Positions 1-12,439 of a stretch of 64,000 nt of DNA are shown here, piece after piece. This stretch comes from Eledone cirrhosa (Eukaryota). Each line of letters opens with the position of its first letter. Positions within the stretch are counted from its first letter, which is position 1. The stretch lies in assembly GCA_964016885.1 (NCBI GenBank), contig OZ024744.1, positions 26,722,001-26,786,000 on the forward strand. The letters are read 5' to 3'. Both the position numbers and the translations under genes were made by a program. The notes beneath the pieces are model-generated. The model was not told the origin of the DNA, ran no database searches, and worked only from the letters and a program-made list of their open reading frames with translations.

Positions 1-236
1 AGATTGATGCACGATCGATGTAATGATCAAACCTGACTCTGAAATCGCAAGGTCCTCAAATACGTCTGGATTCTACGAAGCGGAGTTTCCAAATATATAT
101 ATGGTAAACATTGAGGACCAAATGAATTAACTGTGGAGATATAAAAGATACAGAAGCGAAAACCAGCCAAACAGTGAGTGTATTCTGTTATTATTTCTGG
201 CAATATTATTACAACAATATGACCCTCCTCAAGTAT

Positions 237-240
<4 letters not shown>

Positions 241-316
<76 letters not shown>
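241..316. repeat. (TA)n(TG)n compound microsatellite
   Basis: Read directly from the sequence. Confidence 0.95.
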
Positions 317-320
<4 letters not shown>

Positions 321-482
321 GAATTAGGATTTAGCTTCATGCATAGCTGTATACAGATATGTATTGGAATTTCGTATTTCTAAAGAAATACGGCATGTTT
401 ATAGGTAAACATTTAGAAAGCCGTAGCTATGCAAACACCAGGGCTAACGCCCTCTGGTGGTGTCCAGCAGAAGCAAGGGGAC

Positions 483-528
483 AATCGTCGATGCATTTCG
501 AACTTAAGTGGTTTTCATCAGGACGATC
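483..528 (-). ncRNA. Minimal type I hammerhead ribozyme, intact core
   Basis: Minus strand reads gatcgtc-CTGATGA-aaaccacttaagttc-GAAA-TGCA-TC-gacgatt: 7-bp stem I, short stem II, palindromic stem III (AUGCAU), AUC cleavage triplet. Confidence 0.8.
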
Positions 529-776
529 GCCCCACCCTTGCGACTGCTAGACTTGAAAACATGGGATAATATGTAGTTTTCTCGTCTGTGTAAATGAGAT
601 GATTAATCTCATTTGCATATGAAGCTACTTAAGTTGGATCAACAGGACGATCCCTCCCACTCTTAAGCCAACTTATGCCGCTTCATATGTACATGAGATT
701 AATCACCCTATTTACACAGACGAGAAAACTATATATTCTCACCTGTTTTCAAGTCTAGCAGTCGCAAGGGTGTGGG

Positions 777-822
777 GATCGTCCTGATGAAAACCAGTTA
801 AGATCGAATTACATCGACGATT
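777..822 (+). ncRNA. Mirror copy of the hammerhead, core mutated
   Basis: gatcgtc-CTGATGA...GAAT-taca-TC-gacgatt; GAAA has changed to GAAT. Confidence 0.65.
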
Positions 823-1769
823 GTCGCTCTTGCTTCTGTTGGACACGACCAGAGGGCGTTAGCCCAGGTGTTTGCATAGCTGCGGCTTTCTAAATGTTTA
901 CCTATAAACATACCGTATTTCTTTAGAATTACGAAATTCCAATAGACACATATATATGTAGGTTCTTTGCATATCTCGTTTGAATTTCTTTTTCAACTAG
1001 CCTATATTGAAATACCTTCTTAATATTCTAAATCCTATATCGTACACCGAAATATCCAATCGTTCATCACTATCTATTCAATTGCTCATTACCTACCTAA
1101 CAGTTGAAATTGCCCTCCGGTGGGTGATATCAGCTACGTTGGGAAACCCAGATATAAATGAAGCCCATGGTAAAAGTAAGCGAGACGTTTTACTGCTCAG
1201 GTACGCAGGTTCATTTGTCTCTGAAAATAATCAATCAGTAACCATCAATCCCTTGTGCTGAAGACTATAGCTATGTCGGACACTTTGTAAAAGCCTTAAA
1301 AATGTCAAGGACAAAATTCCTTTTACTGAAATAAATGAAATATTTTTTGTCAAGAAAGACTCTATGAGCAAAGTGTTTCCTGGCGAAGGTTTAACTTTTG
1401 AGGTTTCATCTTGTTTGTTATTGTTGGTTTTTATTGTATTTTAATTTGATTTGTTGTTTTAAACATTATTAATCTTTAAAACAGGACGTAATTAATGCTT
1501 GCTGAATTCCCTAGACATTAATCTGTTGAACTATTATTTTTCGTGTTAGAGCAGGGTCAGAGTGCAGAGAAACATCTTGGAGAAAAAAGGTGGAAGGGAG
1601 GGGTGCAAATATATATGTATATATGTATGGCTGGATGGATGGATAAATGTATATACGGTCTCATAACGGCATTTCTTGGGTATTTTAAGCCTGGCCTGAG
1701 AACAGTATATTTCTTCCAGAGAAAGATAGAAAGTGAAAGATAGAGGAAATGAGAAAGAAGAAGAATTGA

Positions 1770-1895
1770 CTCCAGTACTTGACTGGTACTTTCTTTATTT
1801 CGACCTCGAAAAGAAGAAAGGCAAAGTTGACCTCGGCGTGATTTGAACTCAGAGAGCAGAGGGCCGGAATGAATACCATAAAGCATTCTATTTGA
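1770..1895 (-). mobile_element. tRNA-derived SINE (Meta-domain-like core)
   Basis: Minus strand shows B-box GAGTTCAAATCAC followed by the cgaggtcaactttgcctt...ggtcgaaataaag...gtaccagt core that recurs several times in the window. Confidence 0.7.
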
Positions 1896-2197
1896 CGATA
1901 TATATATATATATATATATAAACTTAAATTTCAAGAATGTCGGTCAGACCCGACATAATGTTGACTCAGTAATTATTGAACAAGCATATTGAGAATTTAA
2001 AATGTTCTTCAATGTGCTGACATTCTATTCACATATATGGATTGCAGTTCAACCATCTGTTTTGACTCTGAATTGTTAAATGTAATTTATGAAAGGAAAT
2101 ACTAAATAAACATATGCTTACGTGCATATATATATGTGTGTTTGTGTCTGTGTGCGTGCATATGTGTGTGGGGTGCGTATGTACACACACTTATATA

Positions 2198-2263
<66 letters not shown>

Positions 2264-3803
2264 ACACCTATACATGTATCCGGTTTTATCCTTCAGACTG
2301 AAAATATTTGAAAAATTATCGTTATCGACTCTCTTTCATACCATAGCAGGGGATATGATAACAGCAAACGAATGACTGTTGGTTCAATATTTTACGAGGT
2401 CGGGGAGAAATTATATTTTACTTATGTGTTTATAATAATATTGTATTTCTTTTTACCAGAAGACACAATGACTTTTTAATTTTTTTTTTTTTTTTTTTAC
2501 TTTGTTTTGGTTTTTGCCAACAAGGAAAGAATTATTGTCGACTAAATCAACAACAACCAACACCACCAGAATACTGCTCGTATTTGATTTATATCACCCA
2601 CCCCTCACCCACATGCTCACCCCGAGGGACGGCAGACGAAGAAAATGCGAACCCATTGGGATTAGAACTCGGAATGTTAGACTGCAATGGAATTTCGTTT
2701 TGATTCTTTTACCATTTCTGCCAAATTGACGCTCTTGTGTGGCTCATAATTTATGAAGGCGGTTAACAGAATAAAAAATATAATTTGCCGGATAAAATAA
2801 CCTCCAGAGTTATTTAACTACTAGCTGGTCCCGCTGTCGTTAAAAATGACGGCTAATTGTAATATCTATACATAATATAAAAAAGAGATGCTTGTTTGTT
2901 GCTTGGTTGGTTCCTTCCTTCCCGCTCACTCATACAAGTGATACACACATAGAAGCACACAGCCAATATGTGTAGCCAAATCGCTACATATATATACACA
3001 CAGCTGTGACGAGTCTTAGAACGCTTGACCTCTATAGTTTCTCTCACCCCCTCTTTCCTCAGTCATCACATAGATGTGTGTGTATGTAATGACTATGTTT
3101 ATTAAGTGTGTCTGTTTATATATATATGTATGTGTAGATTGGTGTGTGTTTGTAATTCTATTGTTTATGTATCTTACCTAAATAAACACACACAAACACA
3201 TATACACATATTATATATAAATAAAATTTACACAAACACATATATACACACACACAAACACTCACATAATCACAACAGCCAATGTGTGTAGCCAATTCGC
3301 TATACATATACACATACAGGTGTAGCGAATGTTAGACGCTGCCACCCCTTCCTTCCTCAGTCGACGTATTTACTACTACTACTACTACTGTTTCAACTTA
3401 TCACTTTCTTTTCCCATAAATCCCAACCTTTCCCTCCCACTCCTCCTTTCTCTCTACTTTCAACCTTCTACACTTCCTTCTTTTCTACCTCCCACCTACT
3501 CTCTTAAGTATGTGCCTATATCATCCTCATCATATCATCGTTTAAAGTCCATGTTCCACGCTAGCATGGGTACGACTGTATATATATATATATATAAGTA
3601 TGTACACGTACATACATATATGTATACAGACGTACAGTAGTATGTATATATATATATATACATACATGCACACATATATATATGTCCGTATGGATTCACC
3701 GAACATTTATTATAATGCTCGGTGTGTTTGTAAACAAACATCCCGTATTAAACCGTAGTGTCTAGCAACCACCGTTGCTCGTTTGTTCAACACTGACAAA
3801 GGA

Positions 3804-3846
3804 ACGCTGTACTAGTTTCAAGCTTGTTAGCTATCGTCAGCAACGT
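3804..3846 (-). ncRNA. Minimal type I hammerhead ribozyme, intact core
   Basis: Minus strand reads acgttg-CTGACGA-tagctaacaagctt-GAAA-CTAG-TA-cagcgt: 6-bp stem I, AGCT/AGCT stem II, palindromic stem III (ACUAGU), GUA cleavage triplet. Confidence 0.85.
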
Positions 3847-4158
3847 ATACCTTCCTGCCAGATTGTTGAACGTATATACTTACCTTATGCATATTAACGG
3901 CTGCGTAGCCCAATGTTCATATCGAGTGGGTTAATCGGCCGGGTGCACCGAAAACACTAAACGGAAAAAATGAAACCAAATTTCATTTCCCACTCTTAGT
4001 ACGGCTGTTACTTAAATATAAGTATGTACACGTACATACATATATGTATACCGACGTACAGTAGTATGTATATATATATATACATACTACTGTACGTCTG
4101 TATACATATATGTATGTACGTATATATATGTACGTTCAACAATCTGGCAGGAAGGTAT

Positions 4159-4201
4159 ACGTTGCTGACGATAGCTAATAAGCTTGAAACTAGCACAGCG
4201 T
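4159..4201 (+). ncRNA. Mirror hammerhead copy, cleavage triplet mutated
   Basis: Same motif, but GAAA-CTAG-CA (U16.1 to C). Confidence 0.7.
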
Positions 4202-4466
4202 TCCTTTGTCAGTGTTGAACAAACGAGCAACGATGGTTGCTAGACACTACGGCTTAATACGGGATGTTTGTTTACAAACACACCGAGCATTATAATAAAT
4301 GTTCGGTGAATCCATACGTACATATATATATGTGTGCATGTGTGTATATATATATATACATACTACTGTACGTCTGTATACATATATGTATGTACGTATA
4401 CATACTTATATTTAAGTAACAGCCGTACTAAGAGTGGGAAATGAAATTTCATTTCATTTTTCCGTT

Positions 4467-4470
4467 TATA

Positions 4471-4549
<79 letters not shown>

Positions 4550-4556
4550 GCATATC

Positions 4557-4591
<35 letters not shown>

Positions 4592-4602
4592 GTATATACA
4601 TG

Positions 4603-4641
<39 letters not shown>

Positions 4642-4660
4642 GTATATATATGTATGTATA

Positions 4661-4739
<79 letters not shown>

Positions 4740-4812
4740 GTATATATATATGTATATATATGTATATATATATATATGTATATCTATATATATGTATATA
4801 TATATATATATA
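4467..4812. repeat. Long imperfect (TA)n microsatellite
   Basis: Read directly; further (TA)n tracts lie at 5147-5203, 5618-5646, 5769-5870, 9296-9318 and 9743-9808. Confidence 0.95.
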
Positions 4813-4930
4813 CAAAATGTTAACAAATGAAAAATATTCACATAATCAAAATATATACTTTATTGGCAGTCAGGCTGCCAATACGGGAATAGAATAGTCA
4901 ACACCGTAACGGTATGTTATATATCAAATC

Positions 4931-5002
4931 ATATATTTTGTCTGATGAGGACGTACTAAAAAAATAACACAGTACCTTTGAAATATGTATAATAAAGTAT
5001 AT
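4931..5002 (+). ncRNA. Type I hammerhead ribozyme
   Basis: atatattttgt-CTGATGA-ggacgtact...agtaccttt-GAAA-tatgta-TA-ataaagtatat with an 11-bp stem I. The flank 4991-5042 recurs inverted at 4813-4864. Confidence 0.7.
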
Positions 5003-5145
5003 ATTTTCATTATGTGAATACTTTTCATTTGTTAACATTTTGAATAATATTAAAAGCTCCATGAAAACCAACTGTTGAGTGCTTCTAATCTATTGTAAAA
5101 TTGTATTCGTTGAGTAATCAACGAACCCTACTACCTAATCTTTGG

Positions 5146-5206
<61 letters not shown>

Positions 5207-5268
5207 TTTATCGCGGGTTCTGTCGGGGGTAACCACAGTAAGTAAGGTACTCAATACAAGACAGAGTA

Positions 5269-5400
5269 TAAATATTTTATATAGAAAAGGCTTCTACAGG
5301 ACTAGAACTGTTTCATTCGGAAGAAATCATCAGGAAGCCTGATGATTTCTCCCGAATGAAACAATTCGAGTCCCGTAGAAGCCTTTTCTATATTAAATAT
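5269..5400. mobile_element. Short palindrome with back-to-back hammerhead-like cores
   Basis: Near-perfect inverted repeat centred at about 5336; each strand reads CTGATGA-tttc..gaat-GAAAC...GTC. Confidence 0.7.
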
Positions 5401-5494
5401 ATATATATATTGCATTTATATATATATATATATAAATACATTTTTTCCAATTCCAACCCGCCCATCCCCTAAATCTATCTTATTTCTCATTCTT

Positions 5495-5530
5495 TCTTCT
5501 GATGAATGACTGGTGTCCGAAACGTCAAGA
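5495..5530 (+). ncRNA. Minimal type I hammerhead ribozyme
   Basis: tctt-CTGATGA-atgactggtgtcc-GAAA-CG-TC-aaga: palindromic stem III (ACGU), GUC cleavage triplet. Confidence 0.75.
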
Positions 5531-5614
5531 CCCTCTTCCTGCTATATGAAGCGTTAACTTAATATATCGCTTCCATATACTGTACCGAGTGTGTTGTTAT
5601 TTCTGTTTACCTTT

Positions 5615-5650
<36 letters not shown>

Positions 5651-5663
5651 TGTTTATATATTG

Positions 5664-5728
5664 TATTTTGTCTGATGAAGGCATACCATATTTTAATTTG
5701 GTATCCCTGAAATATGTATAATGAAATA
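5664..5728 (+). ncRNA. Type I hammerhead ribozyme, same family as 4931-5002
   Basis: tattttgt-CTGATGA-aggcatacca...tggtatccct-GAAA-tatgta-TA-atgaaata. Confidence 0.75.
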
Positions 5729-5767
5729 AATATGGTTTTATAAATATAGTTTCCATTTATTAATATC

Positions 5768-5873
<106 letters not shown>

Positions 5874-6017
5874 CAGGAAAGAAGGTTGACATGGTTTGCT
5901 ATACAAAAAAGGTTTTTAATCTCATAGCTGACATTTGTTTCTCTGAACTGGTAGGTCTAGAGATCGCTATTCGCTTATTTTTGCAACCCCGCACTCGATG
6001 CCTTCGAGCTGGACCTT

Positions 6018-8155
6018 ATGAACATGATAAGTGAAACTAAATTTTTAAAAGGAACAAATCACAACAAATTGCAAAATGACTTAAATACATTACTTACAAA
6101 ACTAAAAGACACTAACGGTATCATAGTAAAAGCAGACAAAACATCAAACGTATACTCTATGGGCATTAACACATACAATAACTTTATTCAGCGTGAACTA
6201 CATAAAAAATATAAAAAAACAAATGAATCTACACTCACGAGCATTAACATGGAGGGCCTCAAGATAGTTAATAAACTCGGAAGTCCAGATAGTACCGAAC
6301 CGCTAACCCCATGCAACCCAACATTTAACCTGAAGGATCACAAAAATAACTTTGAAACTAATCCCACCATTAGATTAATATGCCCATCCAAGTCAGACAT
6401 AGGTAAAATGAGCAAGAACATTCTAGATAGGGTAATCGCACAAATAATGGGTAAACTAGAAATCAATTTATGGGGCAACACTAACGAGGCAATTAAATGG
6501 TTCAATAAAATACAAAATAGGGAGACGTGTAACTTCATACAATTTGATATAGACGACTATTATGCATCCATATCCCCAGCTACCCCAGATAAGGCGCTTA
6601 TATTTGCCCAAAATAACTCTGATCTTACCCATTATGAAATTGAAATAATAATAACGGCTAGAAGGACTATCATAAAATTTGAAAATAGCTACTGGGTAAG
6701 AAAAGATAGAATAAATAGCTTCGATATAACAATGGGATCAAATGATTCTGCGCAAATCACAGATATCGTGGGGCTATTCATAGCACACAACCTACATAAG
6801 GAATTCAGTAACTTCCAAGGAGGAATTTATAGGGACGACACGTTACTTATAGCTAGGAACCTAAACAACCAGAGCATGGAAAGACTAAGAAAAAATATTA
6901 GAATATTCTTCAAAAAACTAGGCCTAAGTATTACCTACGAACTGAACCATAAGAAGGTAAACTTTCTAGATGTGACTCTAAATCTAAATACTGGATTAAT
7001 AGAACCTTTCCACAAAAATAATGAAAATCTTGCCTACATTAGTTACAACTCAAATCACCCCAAATCCATAATTAGATCCATAGCACGTAGTATATCCCTC
7101 CGAATATCCCGCTTATCCTCAAACCTAGAAATCTTTAACGAGCATGCTGACTATTATAATGCAGAATTACGTAGGGCCGGTCATAAAGATAAACTGCAGT
7201 ATATAGTGAATAAGGACAACGTAAACAATCTTAGTAATTACTACTCCAACCGCTCACATAATAATAGGAATAACTTGACTAGACATAGGGTTAGACACGT
7301 AACACCTGGAGTAAACGGCCAAAACACAAATAACCAAGAAACAATAGAAGAAACAGACAAAGAAAATACCTATGGTTCAACCCAATATTCAACTCCTCTA
7401 TAAAATCTAGACTGCCCTCTACATTTTTTAAACTAATAGATAAACACTTCCCTATCTCGCATAGATATCACAAAATACTCAATAGATCTACTATAAAACT
7501 CTCATTCTCAACAGCAGCTAACATAGAATCACACATACGCAAGATCAACCACAGAAATATCTCTAGTAAATCAACTGCACCTATATATAAGCACAAACAC
7601 ATCACAACATCACAACCACAAGCGCATACAAACGCGCAGCAGCAAAACCCCATTGGGTATATATCACAACCCACTTATAACAGAGTACTAAACAGGAATG
7701 TAAAAGCTGCACAAAATAGCGCCTCAAACTGTAACTGTCACCTACCAGATAGGTGCCCATTGGCGAACAAATGTCTCGATTCGAGCCTGGTGTACATGTG
7801 CACGGTCATCTCGGGTAACTCCACCTGGAATTACATAGGATCCACCGCGGTTTCTTTTAAAAAAAGATGGTATGTGCACAGACACTCAATGAAAAACCGT
7901 GCACTTATGGGTTCCACAACCCTCGCCAAAAAAATATGGGAATTGAAGGACAGCAACACTAACTACAGTATCAACTGGTCGAAGTTGTCGGCTGCTAAAA
8001 CCTATAGTACAGGGATGTCCCACTGCGGGCTATGTGATCTTGAGCTATTGTATATCCTCAAAAATGTAAAAAGGCTACTTAACAATAAGTTAGAAAGATC
8101 TATCTTCTGCAGACATAGAATTGCCACTAAATTCATAAGATTCAAACCTCCGTGA
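6018..8155 (+). pseudogene. PLE reverse transcriptase + GIY-YIG endonuclease, split by one frameshift near 7330
   Basis: The first frame has KADK, LKDHK...RLI, FDIDDYY, MGS, YRDD and FLDV. A second frame is open from 7334 to 8155 with WFNP...LIDKHFP, CNC-x5-CPL-x3-C, LVY...YIGST...FKKRW and CGLCDLE. Confidence 0.9.
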
Positions 8156-8473
8156 ATCGAACCAACATAACATAGCTTTAAATTAGGATACCTACTACCC
8201 ACAGAAATATATTCATTAAGTATACTATATCCTTCACAAGTCTATACCACACAATTGTCTGTAAGTACCTCATCTACCCACAAACTTATTCCTTCTCAGC
8301 TGCTGCCATCATTTGATCCTAAATCCTAGTTTTTCTCAAATCACTACTACAATGTAACTTTACCTTCCTTTTGCCATAATTACAATTAGCACGCTTATCT
8401 CTTTGCATGTATGTATATTTTTGTACGAGTGTATATTAATGTGTATGTATGTGTCTATGTACACATGCATGTG

Positions 8474-8487
<14 letters not shown>

Positions 8488-8567
<80 letters not shown>

Positions 8568-8582
8568 CGCGTGTGTGTGCGT
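8488..8582. repeat. (TG)n microsatellite
   Basis: Read directly; another lies at about 2203-2262. Confidence 0.95.
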
Positions 8583-9733
8583 AAATATATGCGTATATTA
8601 CTTCGTTAACCTCTGTATTAACTCAACAACTATTTAGCTTTGACAGTGGTCCCACTCATGTATACTATTGAAGATGAAGAGAAAGACTGTAAACACTGGC
8701 TTATCTTTATAATTTAAAATTGATACACACTTCGATACTCTGTACATGCCAAACGCTTACTTTTGCCTCATGACAGCTAGTTTTACACGCCGTAACGTTA
8801 GATACATTAAACCCCCCACCTAAGTAATGTCAGGGTCTCCTTAAATAATGTATTAATAGCATTGTTGTAATTGTTGTTATTGTTCTAATTGAATGCCATT
8901 ACTACTTCATATAGTAGCCTGTATATTCTTTTCTTGCCTGTGTATTTTCTTCATTCTCGCATGCTCCGAAGATCTGACTGGTTATAATTTTGTATTGGCG
9001 ATCGAGTAACGCGAAAATAAGCGAATAGCGATCTCTAGACCTACCAGTTCAGAGAAACAAATGTCAGCTATGAGATTAAAAACCTTCTTTGTATAGCAAA
9101 CCATGTCAACCTTCTTTCCTGATTTATTATTACTCCAAGTGTTTACAACATAGGAATTACGGCATACCCGCAGCATCACTATGAAAACGCCTTGTTGAGT
9201 CAAACCAAGCCAAGCGTCAATATCATCCACTATCTGGAATACCATAACTGGACTTTACCTAAGTGGACTGCATTTAACTATTATTTGTTACCCCGTATAT
9301 ATATATATATATATATATAAATGCAGTACCCTCCTTCTACCCTTTCCCTCTTTCTCTCCTTCGAGCCACCCCCACACACATTAACACACCCTCCAACCTG
9401 GTCCGACAGCCTGGAACTGTACACCCCATCCGTTTCCTTTTTATTTTTACTTTCTATTTTTCCATTTTCTATTTTTTACTTTTTAACTCCTTACTTCTCA
9501 TCGGGGTTTCTGTTCTCCCCCATCCTAACTTTCATGATGAAGGTCTTCTGTCCAAAACGTCAAAATCTCCTTCACTTCCACCAAGTGTGAACTTATAACT
9601 GTGTACAATTGCCTCCTGTCTTTTGTTTGTTCATTTTCAATTCTCTCTCTCTAAAACATATACATATATATATACACGTGTACGTATTTACGTACATACA
9701 TATATACATACATATATGTGTTAGTGCCTCTGC

Positions 9734-9809
<76 letters not shown>

Positions 9810-9884
9810 GTGTGCGTGTTTACATATATACATACATGTGTGTGTGTATGCGTGTATGCGTGCGTTTATGTATGTGTAAGTGCC

Positions 9885-10125
9885 TGCTGCTGCTGCTGCT
9901 GCTGCTACTACTACTACACCAACACCACCACATCTACCACCACCACCACTACTACTACTACTACTGCTACTACCACTATCACTACTACTACCACTACAAC
10001 TACTACTACTACTACCAACACTACTACTACCACCAACACCACCACGTCTACCACCACCACCACCACCACCACCACTACTACTACTACAACTACTACTACT
10101 ACTAATACTACTACTACTACCACTA
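9885..10125. repeat. (TGC)n/(TAC)n/(CAC)n compound trinucleotide repeat
   Basis: Read directly. Confidence 0.9.
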
Positions 10126-10744
10126 ACGTGTGTGTGTGTAGGTGTGTGTTTCTAATAGACAATGAAGTGGAACTGCTCTTCAGAAAAAATTTCATATGGT
10201 TCCAAAGCCATCTGTAAAAGATTCTATCAAATTATTGTCTAGTAACATTCACTCACTCACAGCAAACACAAAACATCATTAAAGACTCTAAACCTGCAGA
10301 AACTGATTGAAAACCACTCAAAGACGTTGTAATTCATTGTCTCATAATCATATTTTCCCCTTCATCAGCCACTACTTCTATTATACAGTTTCGTGCATTC
10401 ATTGTCTTGTCCTGCGAAAATAAAAGATTTCATGTCAAATATCATTGAAAGAAAAGTCATAATTTGTTCAATCTAAAATTTTAAAAAATTAGTACAAGTG
10501 ATTATTCAAGATGGTGATGTTTAAAATATAGACTCCACCAAAATCCATACAATTAGAAATATGGAACACATCATGTAAATACAGTTTAATAGAAAAAGAA
10601 AAAAAAGAAAATATAGAATGAAAGAATCTAAAATAGGGAAATATAAAGCAAACAACTGAAAAGGGAAGGATATGGCAAGGACTCTAGTGTCACAGAAAAA
10701 TTGGGGAGGGTGAGAGGGAGGTTGATTGGGTTCCGGGTTTAGGG

Positions 10745-10975
10745 TGCGCTGTTAATGGAGCTGAGCCCCGCGGACAAGACTGCAAAAGCATTCTCACGGA
10801 CAATGGCCAGTGACACCCACTGCAACAGCAACCCCACCTCGCGGGACTCATTCCTCAGATGGGCTGCTCATATTCCGATCTCACGGAGGAGCTCGACAGT
10901 ATGGTGTCCAAGTACGCCTGAGTTCTCGACAGCCTCCGGTGTGAAGTGGAAGTGGCGGACAATTGTCGTGTCCGG
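10745..10975 (-). mobile_element. 3' fragment of a CRE-like (RLE) non-LTR retrotransposon
   Basis: Minus strand translates to HFHFTPEAVENSGVLGHHTVELLREIG*...ESREVGLLLQWVSLAIVRENAFAV, resembling the F-x-P-x-A-x-E-T-x-G...QR-x-S-x-A-x-QRGNA C-terminus of CRE elements. Confidence 0.6.
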
Positions 10976-11659
10976 CAAAAATAAAAGATTTATTGAAGAC
11001 TTATGACAAATATCATTGAAAGATGTCTTTACCAACGTATTCTTCCCTTCCTTTCCTGCTTATTCCTGAAATAATTAACATATTTTACTGACAAAATCAT
11101 TTCTTTCTGAAACGTTAATTCAATATACCGGTCACCGTGGAGACCTCAGGAGTTCTTGGACTTCGTACTGTAGAGCTTCTCCACAAGATGGTGGCAGTGA
11201 GTAGGTAGTGGTGGTGGTGGTGGTGATGGTGATCGTAGTAGTAGTAGTGAGATGGTTGTACCAAGGTGGTGGGGGGGTAGTGGGGCGGGGTTAGTGGGGG
11301 GGGTTAGTAGTGTTGGTGTTGGTGGTGTTGGTGGTGGTGGTAGTGTTGTTGTTATTGTTGGTGGTGGTGGTGGTGGCTTGGCGGTGGTGGCAGCGGTAGT
11401 AATGTTGGTGGTGGTGGATGTGGTGGTGGTGTCAGAGTGATGGTTGTAACAGGGTAGAGGCTGCACCATACCTGACTTGGTGTTGTAATTAGTATGAGGT
11501 TTTGGGGCCATAATAGTATTATTGTTATAAAAAATAAAAATTGCAAATAATGTCCAAATTTTTCTGTGGTCCACCAACATTTTCTCACGGACCACCAGGG
11601 GTCCGTGGAACACCGGTTGGCGACTATTAGTCTAGGATATACATGTGTGCGTGTACCAG

Positions 11660-12000
11660 TAGTACTAATTGTACCATCCGAGGTGTGCGAGCAATACTCC
11701 ATTGTGGGTCTAATCTGGGTTTTAAAGAACAGGGTTAGTAGTTGTTAGGGTTTGAAGAAGAAGGCTAGCCATTATGATAAGGATCTTAGCTATGATGGGG
11801 ATATACGTTCGGCAAGAAAATATTTAGTGATGGTTAGATCAAGCTTTTGAAACGATCGCCAGGAATTTTGTTAACTGTTCCTGTATGGTGGGTGGGGACA
11901 ATAATGTTTCCTTGATATATGTAGTGATTGTAACGTTTTGTTGTTGAGGGACTACAAGGTTGCCAGGAACTATTTCTAGAAGGTTTTCGAATGTGGTCAT
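11660..12000 (-). mobile_element. Degenerate CR1/Jockey-group LINE fragment (post-RT region)
   Basis: Minus strand gives LFFKTQIRPTMEYCSH, matching the LYK-x-x-IRP-x-LEY-x-S motif. Confidence 0.5.
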
Positions 12001-12214
12001 ATGTTAGATGCTAATGGCGATGAGTTATGTCCTTGAGCAAGACATTTTATTCCATGTTGCTCCTTCTGCCAGGGGCTGCAATCGGTAGGAGTACCAGCAA
12101 TGGAAAAAACCATTGTAAGCATTGTTTATGTGGTCTAATTTGACGAGTTCCATCACACTCGGTAAGCAAATAAATTCTGGAATCTTGTCGATTCGATTCC
12201 GTACCGTATGAAAT

Positions 12215-12335
12215 ATACTGCATTTAAGATACAGAGTGTTTTTGCTTAAAAAGACAACACACAACCCAGTCCAGGAATCAAACCTATGGCATTATGATCG
12301 TAAGCCCAACGCCCTTATCACTAGGTCACGCGCCT
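12215..12335 (-). mobile_element. Degenerate tRNA-derived CORE-like SINE
   Basis: Minus strand has A-box-like gtgacctagtga and B-box-like gtttgattcc; it parallels 13613-13730. Confidence 0.55.
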
Positions 12336-12439
12336 ATACTGGAATCGCTGAGATACGGAGTAAATATCACAAAGCATTTTTTCCGGTGCTCCGACGATTC
12401 TTCCAATTTACCGCCTGGTGTATTAATATTGAGTGAATG

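Larger units (their letters stand above)
362..944. mobile_element. Foldback (inverted-repeat) element, probably a PLE pseudo-LTR palindrome
   Basis: Arms 362-637 and 668-944 are reverse complements with scattered mismatches; each arm carries a hammerhead motif. Confidence 0.85.
3596..4468. mobile_element. Complex foldback element, PLE pseudo-LTR-like
   Basis: 3596-3878 is the reverse complement of about 4125-4410; 3958-4080 is the reverse complement of about 4350-4468; a small palindrome is centred near 4075. Confidence 0.85.

Noticed and set aside
4363-4897. Poly-YI, poly-V/L/G and similar long ORFs here and at 9609-10217 and 13932-17069
   Set aside because: They are translations of microsatellites and carry no coding signal.
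8761-8805. Hammerhead-like ctcatga...cgtaacgtta in the PLE 3' region, and catgatga...aaaacgtc at about 9533-9561
   Set aside because: Both conserved boxes are mutated; these are possible relics but cannot be supported as ribozymes.
11560-11632. Possible hAT/Charlie-like MITE end
   Set aside because: I found no matching second terminal repeat or 8-bp TSD.
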